A DNA stretch of 20,069 nucleotides. Source: a virus. Taxonomy: Duplodnaviria > Heunggongvirae > Uroviricota > Caudoviricetes. The position numbers were made by a program, and so were the translations under genes. Positions 7,427 to 15,708 of this stretch are shown here, piece by piece. Numbering within the stretch: position 1 is the first letter of the stretch; each line of letters starts with the position of its first letter. The notes under the pieces were generated by a model. It was not told where the DNA came from and did not search any database. It saw only the letters and a program-made list of their open reading frames with translations. Location: positions 97,387 through 117,455 of IMG/VR virus record IMGVR_UViG_3300031760_000012. The stretch is one strand, 5' to 3'.

Positions 7427-7989
7427 ATCAATTCCTCAACTCCTTCAAACCCTAGCACCGTCGCGACCATGAGAACCCCGTTGACGATTTCGTATGGGTC
7501 GTCCGCCAGATAGAGATCATCAGTGATCATGTCTGTGCCGTTTATGGATTTAACAATGCCTTTCAGATCAGTTAGATCAATTTCTTTTCCTATTACCATC
7601 CACTCATGGACCGATGAAGGAAGCAGGTAAAACCCGTCAGGGAACACCTCACTCATTTTTCTTTTGGCGGCATCGCTCAGAACAACCCCGGCTCCGTAGA
7701 TTCCATGATTCGTCGTAAGTATATACATCTCAGCATCACTAGACTGTGGCATTCCGATACGCGATAACATACTCATGAGCACAACCTCGTCTTCAGGAAG
7801 GTTCTGTGCACGGTCGAGCAGGTCGAAGATCACGAAGTCATCTTCTGACACTGGAAGAGTCAGTCCGTCGACGTACCTGTAAAACCCGAGCAGGAAGTCA
7901 GAGTATCTTGTGTAGATAAATCCGTTCTGCATTAACCACTTTTCTTTCTCTGGCGGCAACAGCATCGGATAAACTTCTTCTATACGCAT
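7423..7989 (-). CDS. DUF5688-family protein
   Basis: YILTTNHGIYGAGVVL and FYLLPSSVHEWMVI motifs. Confidence 0.75.
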   Translation of the reverse strand: MRIEEVYPMLLPPEKEKWLMQNGFIYTRYSDFLLGFYRYVDGLTLPVSEDDFVIFDLLDRAQNLPEDEVVLMSMLSRIGMPQSSDAEMYILTTNHGIYGAGVVLSDAAKRKMSEVFPDGFYLLPSSVHEWMVIGKEIDLTDLKGIVKSINGTDMITDDLYLADDPYEIVNGVLMVATVLGFEGVEELI

Positions 7990-8002
7990 ATAAACACCTC
8001 AT

Positions 8003-8153
8003 TTCGGGTGGCACGTAGCGTAAGGTAATTGTTCCCCGTATATTCACATTCAACACGGCGACCCGCGGTCTCGGAGAGATTGCAATTACCTTGCTACAGC
8101 CGAATCCTGAATCAAGTTTTTCTTAACAGTTTCTTAAGCTTTGATTATCAAAG
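8003..8153 (-). other. Structured intergenic element E (long stem plus two small hairpins)
   Basis: IRs at 8022-8031/8083-8092, 8015-8019/8093-8097 and 8003-8007/8100-8104; hairpins CTTAA/TTAAG and CTTTGA/TCAAAG. Confidence 0.5.
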
Positions 8154-8156
8154 GAA

Positions 8157-8957
8157 TTATTTTCCAGAATAGAAGGACCTATTCCACTCCTCCCAGTCCA
8201 GATCACGCTCATACATGTCTAAACATCTCGTAGAGGTGTCCTGTTTCGCAGGCTTCTGGATCGACGTTGGCGTTTTCATCGCGGTCGTTTTGTAAACCTT
8301 TCTCACCGCCAGCTCCTTCGCCTTGCTGACGAATGAAACGATATCGTTGTCATCATCAAATATGTAATACTTGACATCATTGTTCTCGTAGACCACATTG
8401 TTCTCGATGTCGTACACGTCGAAGTGAATCTGACATCTTTTATTGAAGATGACAAATACATAGAACGGATTTTCTGAATCCGGTTTCAGCTGGGAAACGA
8501 TCTTCTCCTGATGATCCATATCCGTTCCTGACGGTGAAACCCCCATGTTGACATGAGAATGACCCTGACCTCGGATATTATTGAACTGCTCATCCGGAAT
8601 CGTCATGAGCCACTGTCCGTATGTGGCTTCGTCCATCTCGACATTCGTTCCGGTAACCTCCTGCGGATATACGATTACATCCGTCAAGATGAAAGCTAAT
8701 GGATCCTCTGGGTCGCGCTCGGCAAGGAAGTGCCATGCTACCTCGTTCGAAAACTCATCGACGAGTGTCCACATTTTGAGCCATGCGATCGGACGGAATA
8801 CAACCTTGCACTTCTCTTTTGGCGGCTGATCGATCTTCCCAAGATCCAGCGTCAAGTTGATCTTCGATGATTTAACCGCTCCGGCAGTCTGGAGCATCTG
8901 GATAATTTTCGATGTCTGTTCCTGAATCTCTTCGGGTGTAAGCCTCAGTTTTCTCAT
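8157..8957 (-). CDS. JAB/Mov34/MPN metallopeptidase (deubiquitinase-like)
   Basis: JAMM signature EVAWH ... GHSHVNMGVSPSGTD. Confidence 0.85.
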   Translation of the reverse strand: MRKLRLTPEEIQEQTSKIIQMLQTAGAVKSSKINLTLDLGKIDQPPKEKCKVVFRPIAWLKMWTLVDEFSNEVAWHFLAERDPEDPLAFILTDVIVYPQEVTGTNVEMDEATYGQWLMTIPDEQFNNIRGQGHSHVNMGVSPSGTDMDHQEKIVSQLKPDSENPFYVFVIFNKRCQIHFDVYDIENNVVYENNDVKYYIFDDDNDIVSFVSKAKELAVRKVYKTTAMKTPTSIQKPAKQDTSTRCLDMYERDLDWEEWNRSFYSGK

Positions 8958-10312
8958 TTCTCCTCCTTGATTCTTCTGATTGCTTCTGCGACAGTGATTT
9001 CTTCACCGCCAGGAGCGATGATTATTTTGTCTGCCGTTATGAAAAGCTCATTGAAGAACGCCTCATTCGACGCTGCTTCAGAGACATTGATATTCGCGAC
9101 AGACGCGATGATCGCATTGACGACTCCGATATCGTTGCCGGAATCGAAAGCCTGACGGATCATCTCTCCGTTGTTTCCTAAGCATGCGTGGAGCTGCATG
9201 TGCTTGTTCGGCATATAGCCGCCCTTCTGATTGAAACCTCGGATCGACTGCGCATACCGCTGGATGAGGTTCAGCGAGAATTCTGCGTACATCTTGATGA
9301 CGTATGTCTCCTCAACGAAGATCTCCTTCAGAAGAGCCATTGCATCTTCCGTTGAATAACTTCCAGTGCGTGAGTAGATGTATGCGTCAGGATTCGTCAC
9401 GACATTCTCTGCGTCGTCGCGGTCAAAGTTCGACAGCGTTGTCGCAACCCCGATGCGAAGCTCTCCATCGTTCGAAACTGACTTGACATCGATTGATTCC
9501 GTATCGATCAAGAACTGCGTGAGATCCTCTACGTCCTCGCCGACAACAGACAAACCATTGAAACGGATTGATCTCTCCATGATCTCCTTGCGGTTTTCAC
9601 GGATGCGATTGTAATGAGATTCGATTTGTTCTTCGAGATAGTTGATCTCTCCTTTCAACGATTCGCGCATCGTATTGATATAGCGTTCGCGATAACCGTC
9701 CAGAGCCATGTGGATCATGGCGGATCTCAGGTCGAAGCGCTTCTCCGTGAGTTCATTGCACATGCGCTTAAACTCTTCTCCGTCAGACGCGATCATGGTC
9801 TTGACGAAGGAGGTTTCCTCTTCTGTCAAAGGCTTATCTTTGAAGTACCACGGGAGTAACCTCGATACGAAAACCCCCATGGTGTGAAACGAGATTATAT
9901 TAAGTCCCTCGACCAGTACAATCGACTGGCGCCTGGATTCATTTATTACGATGTGGGCGTTGATACGCCTATCGCTTAAGAAGGTTTCGATGTCGCGCAA
10001 ATGTTCGTAGCCTTCTGGATATTCTTTTTCGGGTAAGGTTCCAACCTTATAAAACCTTAATGCGTTTTCAGGTGTTCCTTCGATGAACGTATGAAAATCT
10101 TCGAAGTCACGTTCATTAAGCTCGGCGGACAACAAGTCCATCCATGGCTTTGGTGTGCCTTCTGGAATTCTAGGCTGAAGCAAAACCGTCAGCTCAGCCG
10201 TAATGGACAGGTCGAGTCCGTCGACCATGTTCATTGAATCGATATAGTTCTGAAACCCAGGATACGGGCTGATTATCCTTAAATCCTGGGGTTGAATGTG
10301 TTCTGCAAACAT
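8954..10312 (-). CDS. Putative E2-like conjugating protein with central coiled coil (452 aa)
   Basis: C-terminal PNKHMQLHACLG resembles the H...CLG active-site region of prokaryotic E2 families; lies between the Ubl and JAB genes; start MFAEH after AGGAGGAG. Confidence 0.5.
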   Translation of the reverse strand: MFAEHIQPQDLRIISPYPGFQNYIDSMNMVDGLDLSITAELTVLLQPRIPEGTPKPWMDLLSAELNERDFEDFHTFIEGTPENALRFYKVGTLPEKEYPEGYEHLRDIETFLSDRRINAHIVINESRRQSIVLVEGLNIISFHTMGVFVSRLLPWYFKDKPLTEEETSFVKTMIASDGEEFKRMCNELTEKRFDLRSAMIHMALDGYRERYINTMRESLKGEINYLEEQIESHYNRIRENRKEIMERSIRFNGLSVVGEDVEDLTQFLIDTESIDVKSVSNDGELRIGVATTLSNFDRDDAENVVTNPDAYIYSRTGSYSTEDAMALLKEIFVEETYVIKMYAEFSLNLIQRYAQSIRGFNQKGGYMPNKHMQLHACLGNNGEMIRQAFDSGNDIGVVNAIIASVANINVSEAASNEAFFNELFITADKIIIAPGGEEITVAEAIRRIKEEK

Positions 10313-10335
10313 GTCTCCTCCTGTTGGCGGCAATT

Positions 10336-10375
10336 AAAAAACGGCTCCCATGTGAACCGCCACACATGAGAGCCG
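10336..10375 (-). terminator. Intrinsic terminator after the Ubl gene
   Basis: 13-bp stem (one G-U on the minus strand) followed by U6. Confidence 0.75.
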
Positions 10376-10452
10376 AACGGATAAGTGTTGCAAACTATGG
10401 ATTCTTACGTGCAATTTTATTTCATGTATCACCCCCTCCGCCAGAAGAAGAA

Positions 10453-10689
10453 TTATCTGGTTGCGTTGTCAGTCTTTGCCATGCCGAACAGACTGGCTGA
10501 TGTATCGACACCAAGCTCAGCAAACGTGCGATCGATATCTCCGGCGCGAACAGCAACGCCGTTGAGAAGCACCGTGATACCATCAACAGGGAAACCATTT
10601 GCTTCGAACGCTTCGCGGAGTGTTGTGGTGTTTTCATCGAGGACTGTCTTAACTTTGTTTGTGTTGTTCATAATTGTTGCGCTGATCAT
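10453..10689 (-). CDS. Ubiquitin-like (beta-grasp) protein
   Basis: 78 aa; TLREAFEANGF...VLLNGVAV..GDIDRTFAELGV pattern; adjacent to E2-like and JAB genes; ends KTDNATR. Confidence 0.7.
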   Translation of the reverse strand: MISATIMNNTNKVKTVLDENTTTLREAFEANGFPVDGITVLLNGVAVRAGDIDRTFAELGVDTSASLFGMAKTDNATR

Positions 10690-10793
10690 AAATTTTTCTC
10701 CTTTTCTCCAGTGGGGAGGACGTCAAATCCTCCCCGTACAAAGTGTTTACGCGTGTGTGTCACGCTTTTAGATTGGTTCAGGACTAACAGGTC

Positions 10794-11177
10794 CTATGCG
10801 ATCTCGATTGCGTCCTTGATCGCATTAATTTCGGCTTCGACCTCGTCGAGTGCTCCGGCGATCCTGGCTTCGACTTTGTTCAGCTTGTTTATCGCAGTCC
10901 CGACCTCTTCGAGGACGAACTCCTCGGCGGTGGCGTATGCGTCGCCACCCAGAACCGTAACGCAAGCTTTTCCGTTGCCGAAAGTCTCATCGGCAAATCC
11001 GATCCCGAAGTCGGATACGGATCCGACACAGGAAGTTCCGACCTTGAAGATGACGTTGCCGTCATAGTCCTCGAGTACGAGTGCTTCAGGGCGATACTTC
11101 TGAAGCCTTACAAAGTCCTCGTAAGTGTAATTGGATACGATAGTTGCTGTTCTGCCTGAAACTTTGATATTTGCCAT
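10794..11177 (-). CDS. Hypothetical protein (127 aa, C-terminal coiled coil)
   Basis: Start MANIKV at 11177 after AAGGAG. Confidence 0.7.
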   Translation of the reverse strand: MANIKVSGRTATIVSNYTYEDFVRLQKYRPEALVLEDYDGNVIFKVGTSCVGSVSDFGIGFADETFGNGKACVTVLGGDAYATAEEFVLEEVGTAINKLNKVEARIAGALDEVEAEINAIKDAIEIA

Positions 11178-11228
11178 TTGCGGCTCCTTTCTTTTGCGCA
11201 TTTTGCGCCTCATAAAAAATTTGTAATG

Positions 11229-11272
11229 TGCTCCCATCCGGAATCGAACCGGATTAAAAACCCTTTGGGAAC
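11229..11272 (-). ncRNA. tRNA-like minihelix (acceptor stem and T arm only)
   Basis: GUUCCCA-12 nt-UCCGG UUCGAUU CCGGA-UGGGAGC-A; no D or anticodon arm and no encoded CCA. Confidence 0.5.
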
Positions 11273-11303
11273 ATGAAGAGGATCTCGCAAGATCCTCGTG
11301 CAG

Positions 11304-11582
11304 TTAGTCTTGACAAACCAGAGCCCGTGCGATCTCGAACGGATCGACCAGCTCGATTTCTTCCGGCGTGAAAACCGTGTCGAAAAACTTCGAGTGGATG
11401 AACGCGTCGATCCACGCGGCAAGGAAGCCTGTGCGTTCCTCATTTGTTACATCCCCGAGATTTTCCGTCTTCGCGTAGATCTCATCACACCGTTCAAAAT
11501 TCTGCTCGTCGATAAACATTTCGGCGAAGCATTCTTCGGTTTCATGGTTTGACCACTCATGGCGTAGCAGGTCACCGAACAT
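11304..11582 (-). CDS. Hypothetical protein
   Basis: 92 aa acidic ORF in operon orientation. Confidence 0.65.
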   Translation of the reverse strand: MFGDLLRHEWSNHETEECFAEMFIDEQNFERCDEIYAKTENLGDVTNEERTGFLAAWIDAFIHSKFFDTVFTPEEIELVDPFEIARALVCQD

Positions 11583-11817
11583 TCTTTATCACATCCTTTA
11601 TTATTTCTACGAACGAGTCCCACTCGATCGAAACCCGACGCTGAAACCCGTCGTCGTAATGGACTATAGCTGCTTCATATCCGGACTCATCTCCATCGTC
11701 GTACTCGATATGGTCGACGCCGGCACGGGTCTGGCTCAGAAGCCACCCGAGATTCTGGACGAAAAGTTCCCGGTTCTCTCTCGCGGCATCTCCGCCGCAT
11801 TCGACTGCTTTTCTCAT
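11572..11817 (-). CDS. Hypothetical protein, homologous to the C-terminal domain of the SLH protein
   Basis: ENRELFVQNLGWLLSQT versus ENDREIFIDNLGWLLRQT. Confidence 0.7.
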   Translation of the reverse strand: MRKAVECGGDAARENRELFVQNLGWLLSQTRAGVDHIEYDDGDESGYEAAIVHYDDGFQRRVSIEWDSFVEIIKDVIKNVR

Positions 11818-12221
11818 GCGATTAATTCCTCCACTCCTTCAAAACTCAAGGATCTTTCTTTCTCTGGCTGGAAAGCTTCGGCGTACTCGTCTGTATCTGA
11901 GTACTGATTGATGATGTCCGCCAGCGTATATTCATCAAGGGTTTCGAATTCATCCCATCCCTCATCATAACCTTTATATACGAACCCATCGTGATACCCG
12001 ACATTGTCGTACAGGAATTTGAGACATTCAGCCAAATTCTGCCAGCTATTCCAGCGCAGGTGATCTGCGATCTGCTCATCTACATATGACGAGAAGATCT
12101 CGGTATCGTAAATGTCGTAGTCGCTTCTGATGAGGTTTTTAAGACCTTCGAAATCGTCGTCTGTTTCGAGCGTGTAAATCTGCTGCTCCAACGAAAGCTC
12201 ATCGAATTCTTTTCTGGTCAT
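11814..12221 (-). CDS. Hypothetical protein, tandem paralog 1 of 3
   Basis: MTRKEFDELSLEQQ N-terminus, tail SFEGVEELIA; ATGA overlaps. Confidence 0.75.
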   Translation of the reverse strand: MTRKEFDELSLEQQIYTLETDDDFEGLKNLIRSDYDIYDTEIFSSYVDEQIADHLRWNSWQNLAECLKFLYDNVGYHDGFVYKGYDEGWDEFETLDEYTLADIINQYSDTDEYAEAFQPEKERSLSFEGVEELIA

Positions 12222-12610
12222 ATCAGCTCCTCCACTCCACTGAAGTTCATTTCTTCTTCGAATAACTCTTTGTAATAATCGTCATCGCTGAACTCATCGA
12301 GGATTATTGCGAGGCTGCCTTTGTTGAACGCTTTAAATTCACACCAGTCGCACTCGTGTTGAGTAGTAAACCTATATCTATATACAAGATAGGAATCTCT
12401 GATATTCGAGTCGAGCCTGTTCAGCGCACGCATTGTGTTAACCCAGCCGAATTCACGTATGTAAAAATCTATACCATCATAGACCTCATCATTCAATTCG
12501 CCTCGGTTTACTATGTGATAGTACTTATTTATTTCAACCCATAATTTCGACCTTTCCAGAAAATTTATCTGCTCGACAAATTGAAGCCGGTCGAACTCTG
12601 ATCTGGTCAT
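12218..12610 (-). CDS. Hypothetical protein, tandem paralog 2 of 3
   Basis: MTRSEFDRLQFVEQ N-terminus, tail NFSGVEELI. Confidence 0.75.
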   Translation of the reverse strand: MTRSEFDRLQFVEQINFLERSKLWVEINKYYHIVNRGELNDEVYDGIDFYIREFGWVNTMRALNRLDSNIRDSYLVYRYRFTTQHECDWCEFKAFNKGSLAIILDEFSDDDYYKELFEEEMNFSGVEELI

Positions 12611-13014
12611 GCGATCAACTCCTCTACGCCATCGAATGTGATGGCTTCTTCCTCTGGCGGCTCTGCTTCGAAAAAACTTTCGTAGTACTCATCGTCTGAG
12701 TACTCGTCGAGTATGTCGGACAACCCCTGTTGCGTTAGCGGGATCATATCGTCCCAGAACTCGTCACACATATTCCAATACACAAACCCGTCGTACCCGT
12801 TTGTGGCACGCACGATCCGATTAAGCGAGTTATATAAATCCGCAACACCGAATTCGCGTAACGTATAAATGACCCAGTCTTCGATTCGGTCAGGAATTTC
12901 GTCAGTATGTATGATCTCCCAATCGTCACACACTGAATAATCCCACAGATCTGACTCCAGGAACCTCCTGACCTGTTCATCAAACGGGAGCCGTTCGAAT
13001 TCTTCTCTTGTCAT
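12607..13014 (-). CDS. Hypothetical protein, tandem paralog 3 of 3
   Basis: MTREEFERLPFDEQ N-terminus, tail TFDGVEELIA. Confidence 0.75.
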   Translation of the reverse strand: MTREEFERLPFDEQVRRFLESDLWDYSVCDDWEIIHTDEIPDRIEDWVIYTLREFGVADLYNSLNRIVRATNGYDGFVYWNMCDEFWDDMIPLTQQGLSDILDEYSDDEYYESFFEAEPPEEEAITFDGVEELIA

Positions 13015-13847
13015 ATCTTGTCCATCACCTTTCTGGCGGCGTCGACGTAGGATAACCCTTCAATGTCGACGTCGATTTTCGACCCGTCCTGAAACCATAC
13101 GGTTACTATGGCATCTGACTGATCGAGGGTACACTCAACAACTCCGGTTTCCGTCTGGCGGAGAAGCCATCCGAGGTTGTCGATGAAAATCTCCCGGTCG
13201 TTCTCATGGTTGACCACGCGGGTCTCGTTCGCCTCAATCCGAAATCCTGCTCTTGCCCATTCGTGATCGATGTCCGAAAACCTCTTTAAAATCGTCGCGA
13301 TCTGACCCCGGGTCAAAACCGCCTGTGGATCAAATACGTTCTCAGCGGTTCCGGTCATTAAACCCTCGTATGACGACCATGCAACGGCGTCCCGGGCGTA
13401 CTCGGAAATCGATTCGCGATCTGAATACCCAAGAAGTTCCTCTTCCGGCGAGCTGGCTTTGTACCCAGACGCCAGATTGAATCGGTACATGATCGTGGCA
13501 AATTGCTCACGTGTGATGGAACTTTCCGGATCGAAGTGGTTTCGATCAATGCCTTTCATTATTCCGGTACCTGACGCGTAGTTCACAGCCGGATTGTTCC
13601 GGACGTCGCGGAAACTCATGCCGGAGACGATCGGCGTATCGTCGTATCGCCAGATCGCGTCTGCGATTTCGACACGGGAAACCTCGCGGTATGGGTGGAA
13701 TAAACCTCCCGCGTCCATATCCATGATGTTGTTCTCGACGACCGCGAACTCAAACCCCGGTCGCCACCATTCTGTAGCTGCTGACGGAACCGCCAGAGAG
13801 AAAAGAAGGGCGGCTCCGAGTGCCGCCGTGATTACTAACCTTTTCAT
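13011..13847 (-). CDS. Secreted S-layer homology (SLH) domain protein with C-terminal phage domain
   Basis: Signal peptide MKRLVITAALGAALLFSLAVPSAA; three SLH repeats (VSRVEIA, FDPESSITREQFATIMYR, FDPQAVLTRGQIATILKR); RBS GGAGG. Confidence 0.85.
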   Translation of the reverse strand: MKRLVITAALGAALLFSLAVPSAATEWWRPGFEFAVVENNIMDMDAGGLFHPYREVSRVEIADAIWRYDDTPIVSGMSFRDVRNNPAVNYASGTGIMKGIDRNHFDPESSITREQFATIMYRFNLASGYKASSPEEELLGYSDRESISEYARDAVAWSSYEGLMTGTAENVFDPQAVLTRGQIATILKRFSDIDHEWARAGFRIEANETRVVNHENDREIFIDNLGWLLRQTETGVVECTLDQSDAIVTVWFQDGSKIDVDIEGLSYVDAARKVMDKI

Positions 13848-13857
13848 AAAACCCTCC

Positions 13858-14160
13858 TTAGTCAAACGTCGCCCAGATGTAATCCATCGTCGGCGACTCA
13901 AAGCACACGGATAAAACTGCCTTGTTCGGATGATACTCTTCTCCTTCTGGCAGCTCGATGTGCTGGAACTGCTCAAGGAAAACCTCCTGAATGTAATCCC
14001 TGTCGCGACCCGTTAATGCTTGGTCGCAATAGAAATACTCAGTGTGGACCTTGAACTCATCTTCGTACAGATCCACCTGATATACGTAGACAGCAGGAAG
14101 CTTCGATCTCAAAACCATGTTCCCTTTATGCGGGAAAACTTTATAATCTGGATATTTCAT
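13858..14160 (-). CDS. Hypothetical protein
   Basis: 100 aa ORF preceded by GAGGT. Confidence 0.65.
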   Translation of the reverse strand: MKYPDYKVFPHKGNMVLRSKLPAVYVYQVDLYEDEFKVHTEYFYCDQALTGRDRDYIQEVFLEQFQHIELPEGEEYHPNKAVLSVCFESPTMDYIWATFD

Positions 14161-14169
14161 CGTATTACC

Positions 14170-14520
14170 TCACGCGTTATCGATCTTGTTCATGAAATAT
14201 AGTGCTATCCTTTCGTCGGAACCAATAAGCTCTGATAAAGGTCTATCGTAATCGCTTTCAAGAACCATTCCGCCATTGAGTAAACAGCAATCCGCCTCAA
14301 TTCCTAAATGTTCGGCGATGAAAGAAATACTTCTCTCTTTGCTTACTTTTATACTCTCAAATAAAGAGCATGTGAGAACTCGCGCAACGCATCCGGTATC
14401 ATCAATGACAACAACTACGTCGATACTATGATCACGGATATCTTCTCTCTGGCGGGACTTCTCAGGACTCAGCAGAAACGCTATAAAACCCGCCATCGCT
14501 ATGTGTTTCAAAAGCTTCAT
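14170..14520 (-). CDS. Second ubiquitin-like protein with hydrophobic N-terminus
   Basis: LLNGGMVLESDYDRPLSEL...LYFMNKIDNA aligns with LLNGVAVRAGDIDRTFAEL...LFGMAKTDNA of 10453..10689; start MKLLKH at 14520. Confidence 0.55.
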   Translation of the reverse strand: MKLLKHIAMAGFIAFLLSPEKSRQREDIRDHSIDVVVVIDDTGCVARVLTCSLFESIKVSKERSISFIAEHLGIEADCCLLNGGMVLESDYDRPLSELIGSDERIALYFMNKIDNA

Positions 14521-14570
14521 AGCATCACCCCCACGTCGGCTGAGCTTCGATGATGCTCTGCCATGATTCG

Positions 14571-14783
14571 TCATGCACTTTCTGTCTTGTGCGAATTGCG
14601 GCTTTGTGCTTTTTCTTCGAGTAGCGCTTTAAGCAGATCCGGATCATGAAGAATCCGAGAACAAACCCGATAATAATACCTGACATCACATGCCTCCATT
14701 ATTTCTCTAACGAAAACCCCCGCCAGAAAGAGAAGCGGGGGAATCGTAATCATTACAAAAACCAGCTCTTCGAAAGCCCTCAT
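14571..14783 (-). CDS. Small membrane protein
   Basis: Hydrophobic LVFVMITIPPLLFLAGVFV. Confidence 0.6.
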   Translation of the reverse strand: MRAFEELVFVMITIPPLLFLAGVFVREIMEACDVRYYYRVCSRILHDPDLLKALLEEKAQSRNSHKTESA

Positions 14784-15064
14784 CTGAGAGCCTTCTTTCC
14801 GCCGTTCATGACGTCTCCGAGTGCGTAATCGTTCTCGATATCGGAAACGTACGCGGCTTCGGATTCATACTCCGAAACCTCTCTGGCGTACTTTGACCAT
14901 CCATGAATGTACTCAGGGACGATCGTATACATGTCGATTTTGCGTGCGGCCTTCGGAGACCGGATCAAAACCTCGTGCTGATCCTTAGAGATCAGCCTGC
15001 GGTATAGCATGTCATCCGCAAGATCTCCCGCGGTTACAGTCGTTCTTCTTGCTTCAGTCAACAT
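14780..15064 (-). CDS. Hypothetical protein
   Basis: RBS GGAGG; ATGA coupling to the next gene. Confidence 0.7.
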   Translation of the reverse strand: MLTEARRTTVTAGDLADDMLYRRLISKDQHEVLIRSPKAARKIDMYTIVPEYIHGWSKYAREVSEYESEAAYVSDIENDYALGDVMNGGKKALR

Positions 15065-15075
15065 TTCGAAACCTC

Positions 15076-15537
15076 CTATAAAGCTTTTGCCATCGTGTTC
15101 AGTGCTTCCTGCATCTGTGCGATCTGTTCCTTCAGAGCTGCGATTTCGTCGGACTCAGGAGCCTCCTTCTTGGCGGCCTTGGCTTTCGCCGCCTTCTTCG
15201 GAACCTTCGGCTCTTCGGCGGTCGCCTTCTTCGGAGCCTTGCAAACCCCGACCCAGATGCGCGTCTCGCCATCGATCGGCGCGACGACACCCTTGCGCTT
15301 TCTGCACACGACTGGATTCGTGTACTCGATCTTCACGTCCGGACCGACCAGCTTCTTAAGACCTTTGGTCACGTCAGACTTCTTCTCTGCCGTCAGACAG
15401 AAAAACCCTCTGGATCTAAGTGGACGACCCAGATTCCCGCGGAGTGTTGCCGCTGTCATCATTGCATCGCGATTCCCGTAGTAGGAAACCTTTACATTCT
15501 CAGTTGCTTTCTGTGTAGCTTTCTTAGTAGTAGCCAT
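15076..15537 (-). CDS. Basic Lys/Ala-rich protein with C-terminal coiled coil
   Basis: Start MATTKK after GGAGGA; PKKATAEEPKVPKKAAKAKAAKK segment. Confidence 0.7.
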   Translation of the reverse strand: MATTKKATQKATENVKVSYYGNRDAMMTAATLRGNLGRPLRSRGFFCLTAEKKSDVTKGLKKLVGPDVKIEYTNPVVCRKRKGVVAPIDGETRIWVGVCKAPKKATAEEPKVPKKAAKAKAAKKEAPESDEIAALKEQIAQMQEALNTMAKAL

Positions 15538-15708
15538 AATATCCTCCTTTGCGCATTTCTGGCGCATAAACCGCACCCTCTGGGTGCAAACCCGGTGCAC
15601 CAAATGTGCACCCCGTAGATCGCTCATGCGACCCTCAACTCAAAACCTCCGAAGAGATTCTCAGTTGAGATCCACATGAGCTCCGGAGCCGAAACCCCGG
15701 AGCTACGA

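Noticed and set aside
10713-10735. GGGGAGGA/TCCTCCCC hairpin as a terminator
   Set aside because: No U-tract on either strand; may be a stabilising or RBS-adjacent hairpin
11229-11305. Complete tRNA gene
   Set aside because: Only 12 nt separate the acceptor stem and T arm, so no anticodon can be assigned
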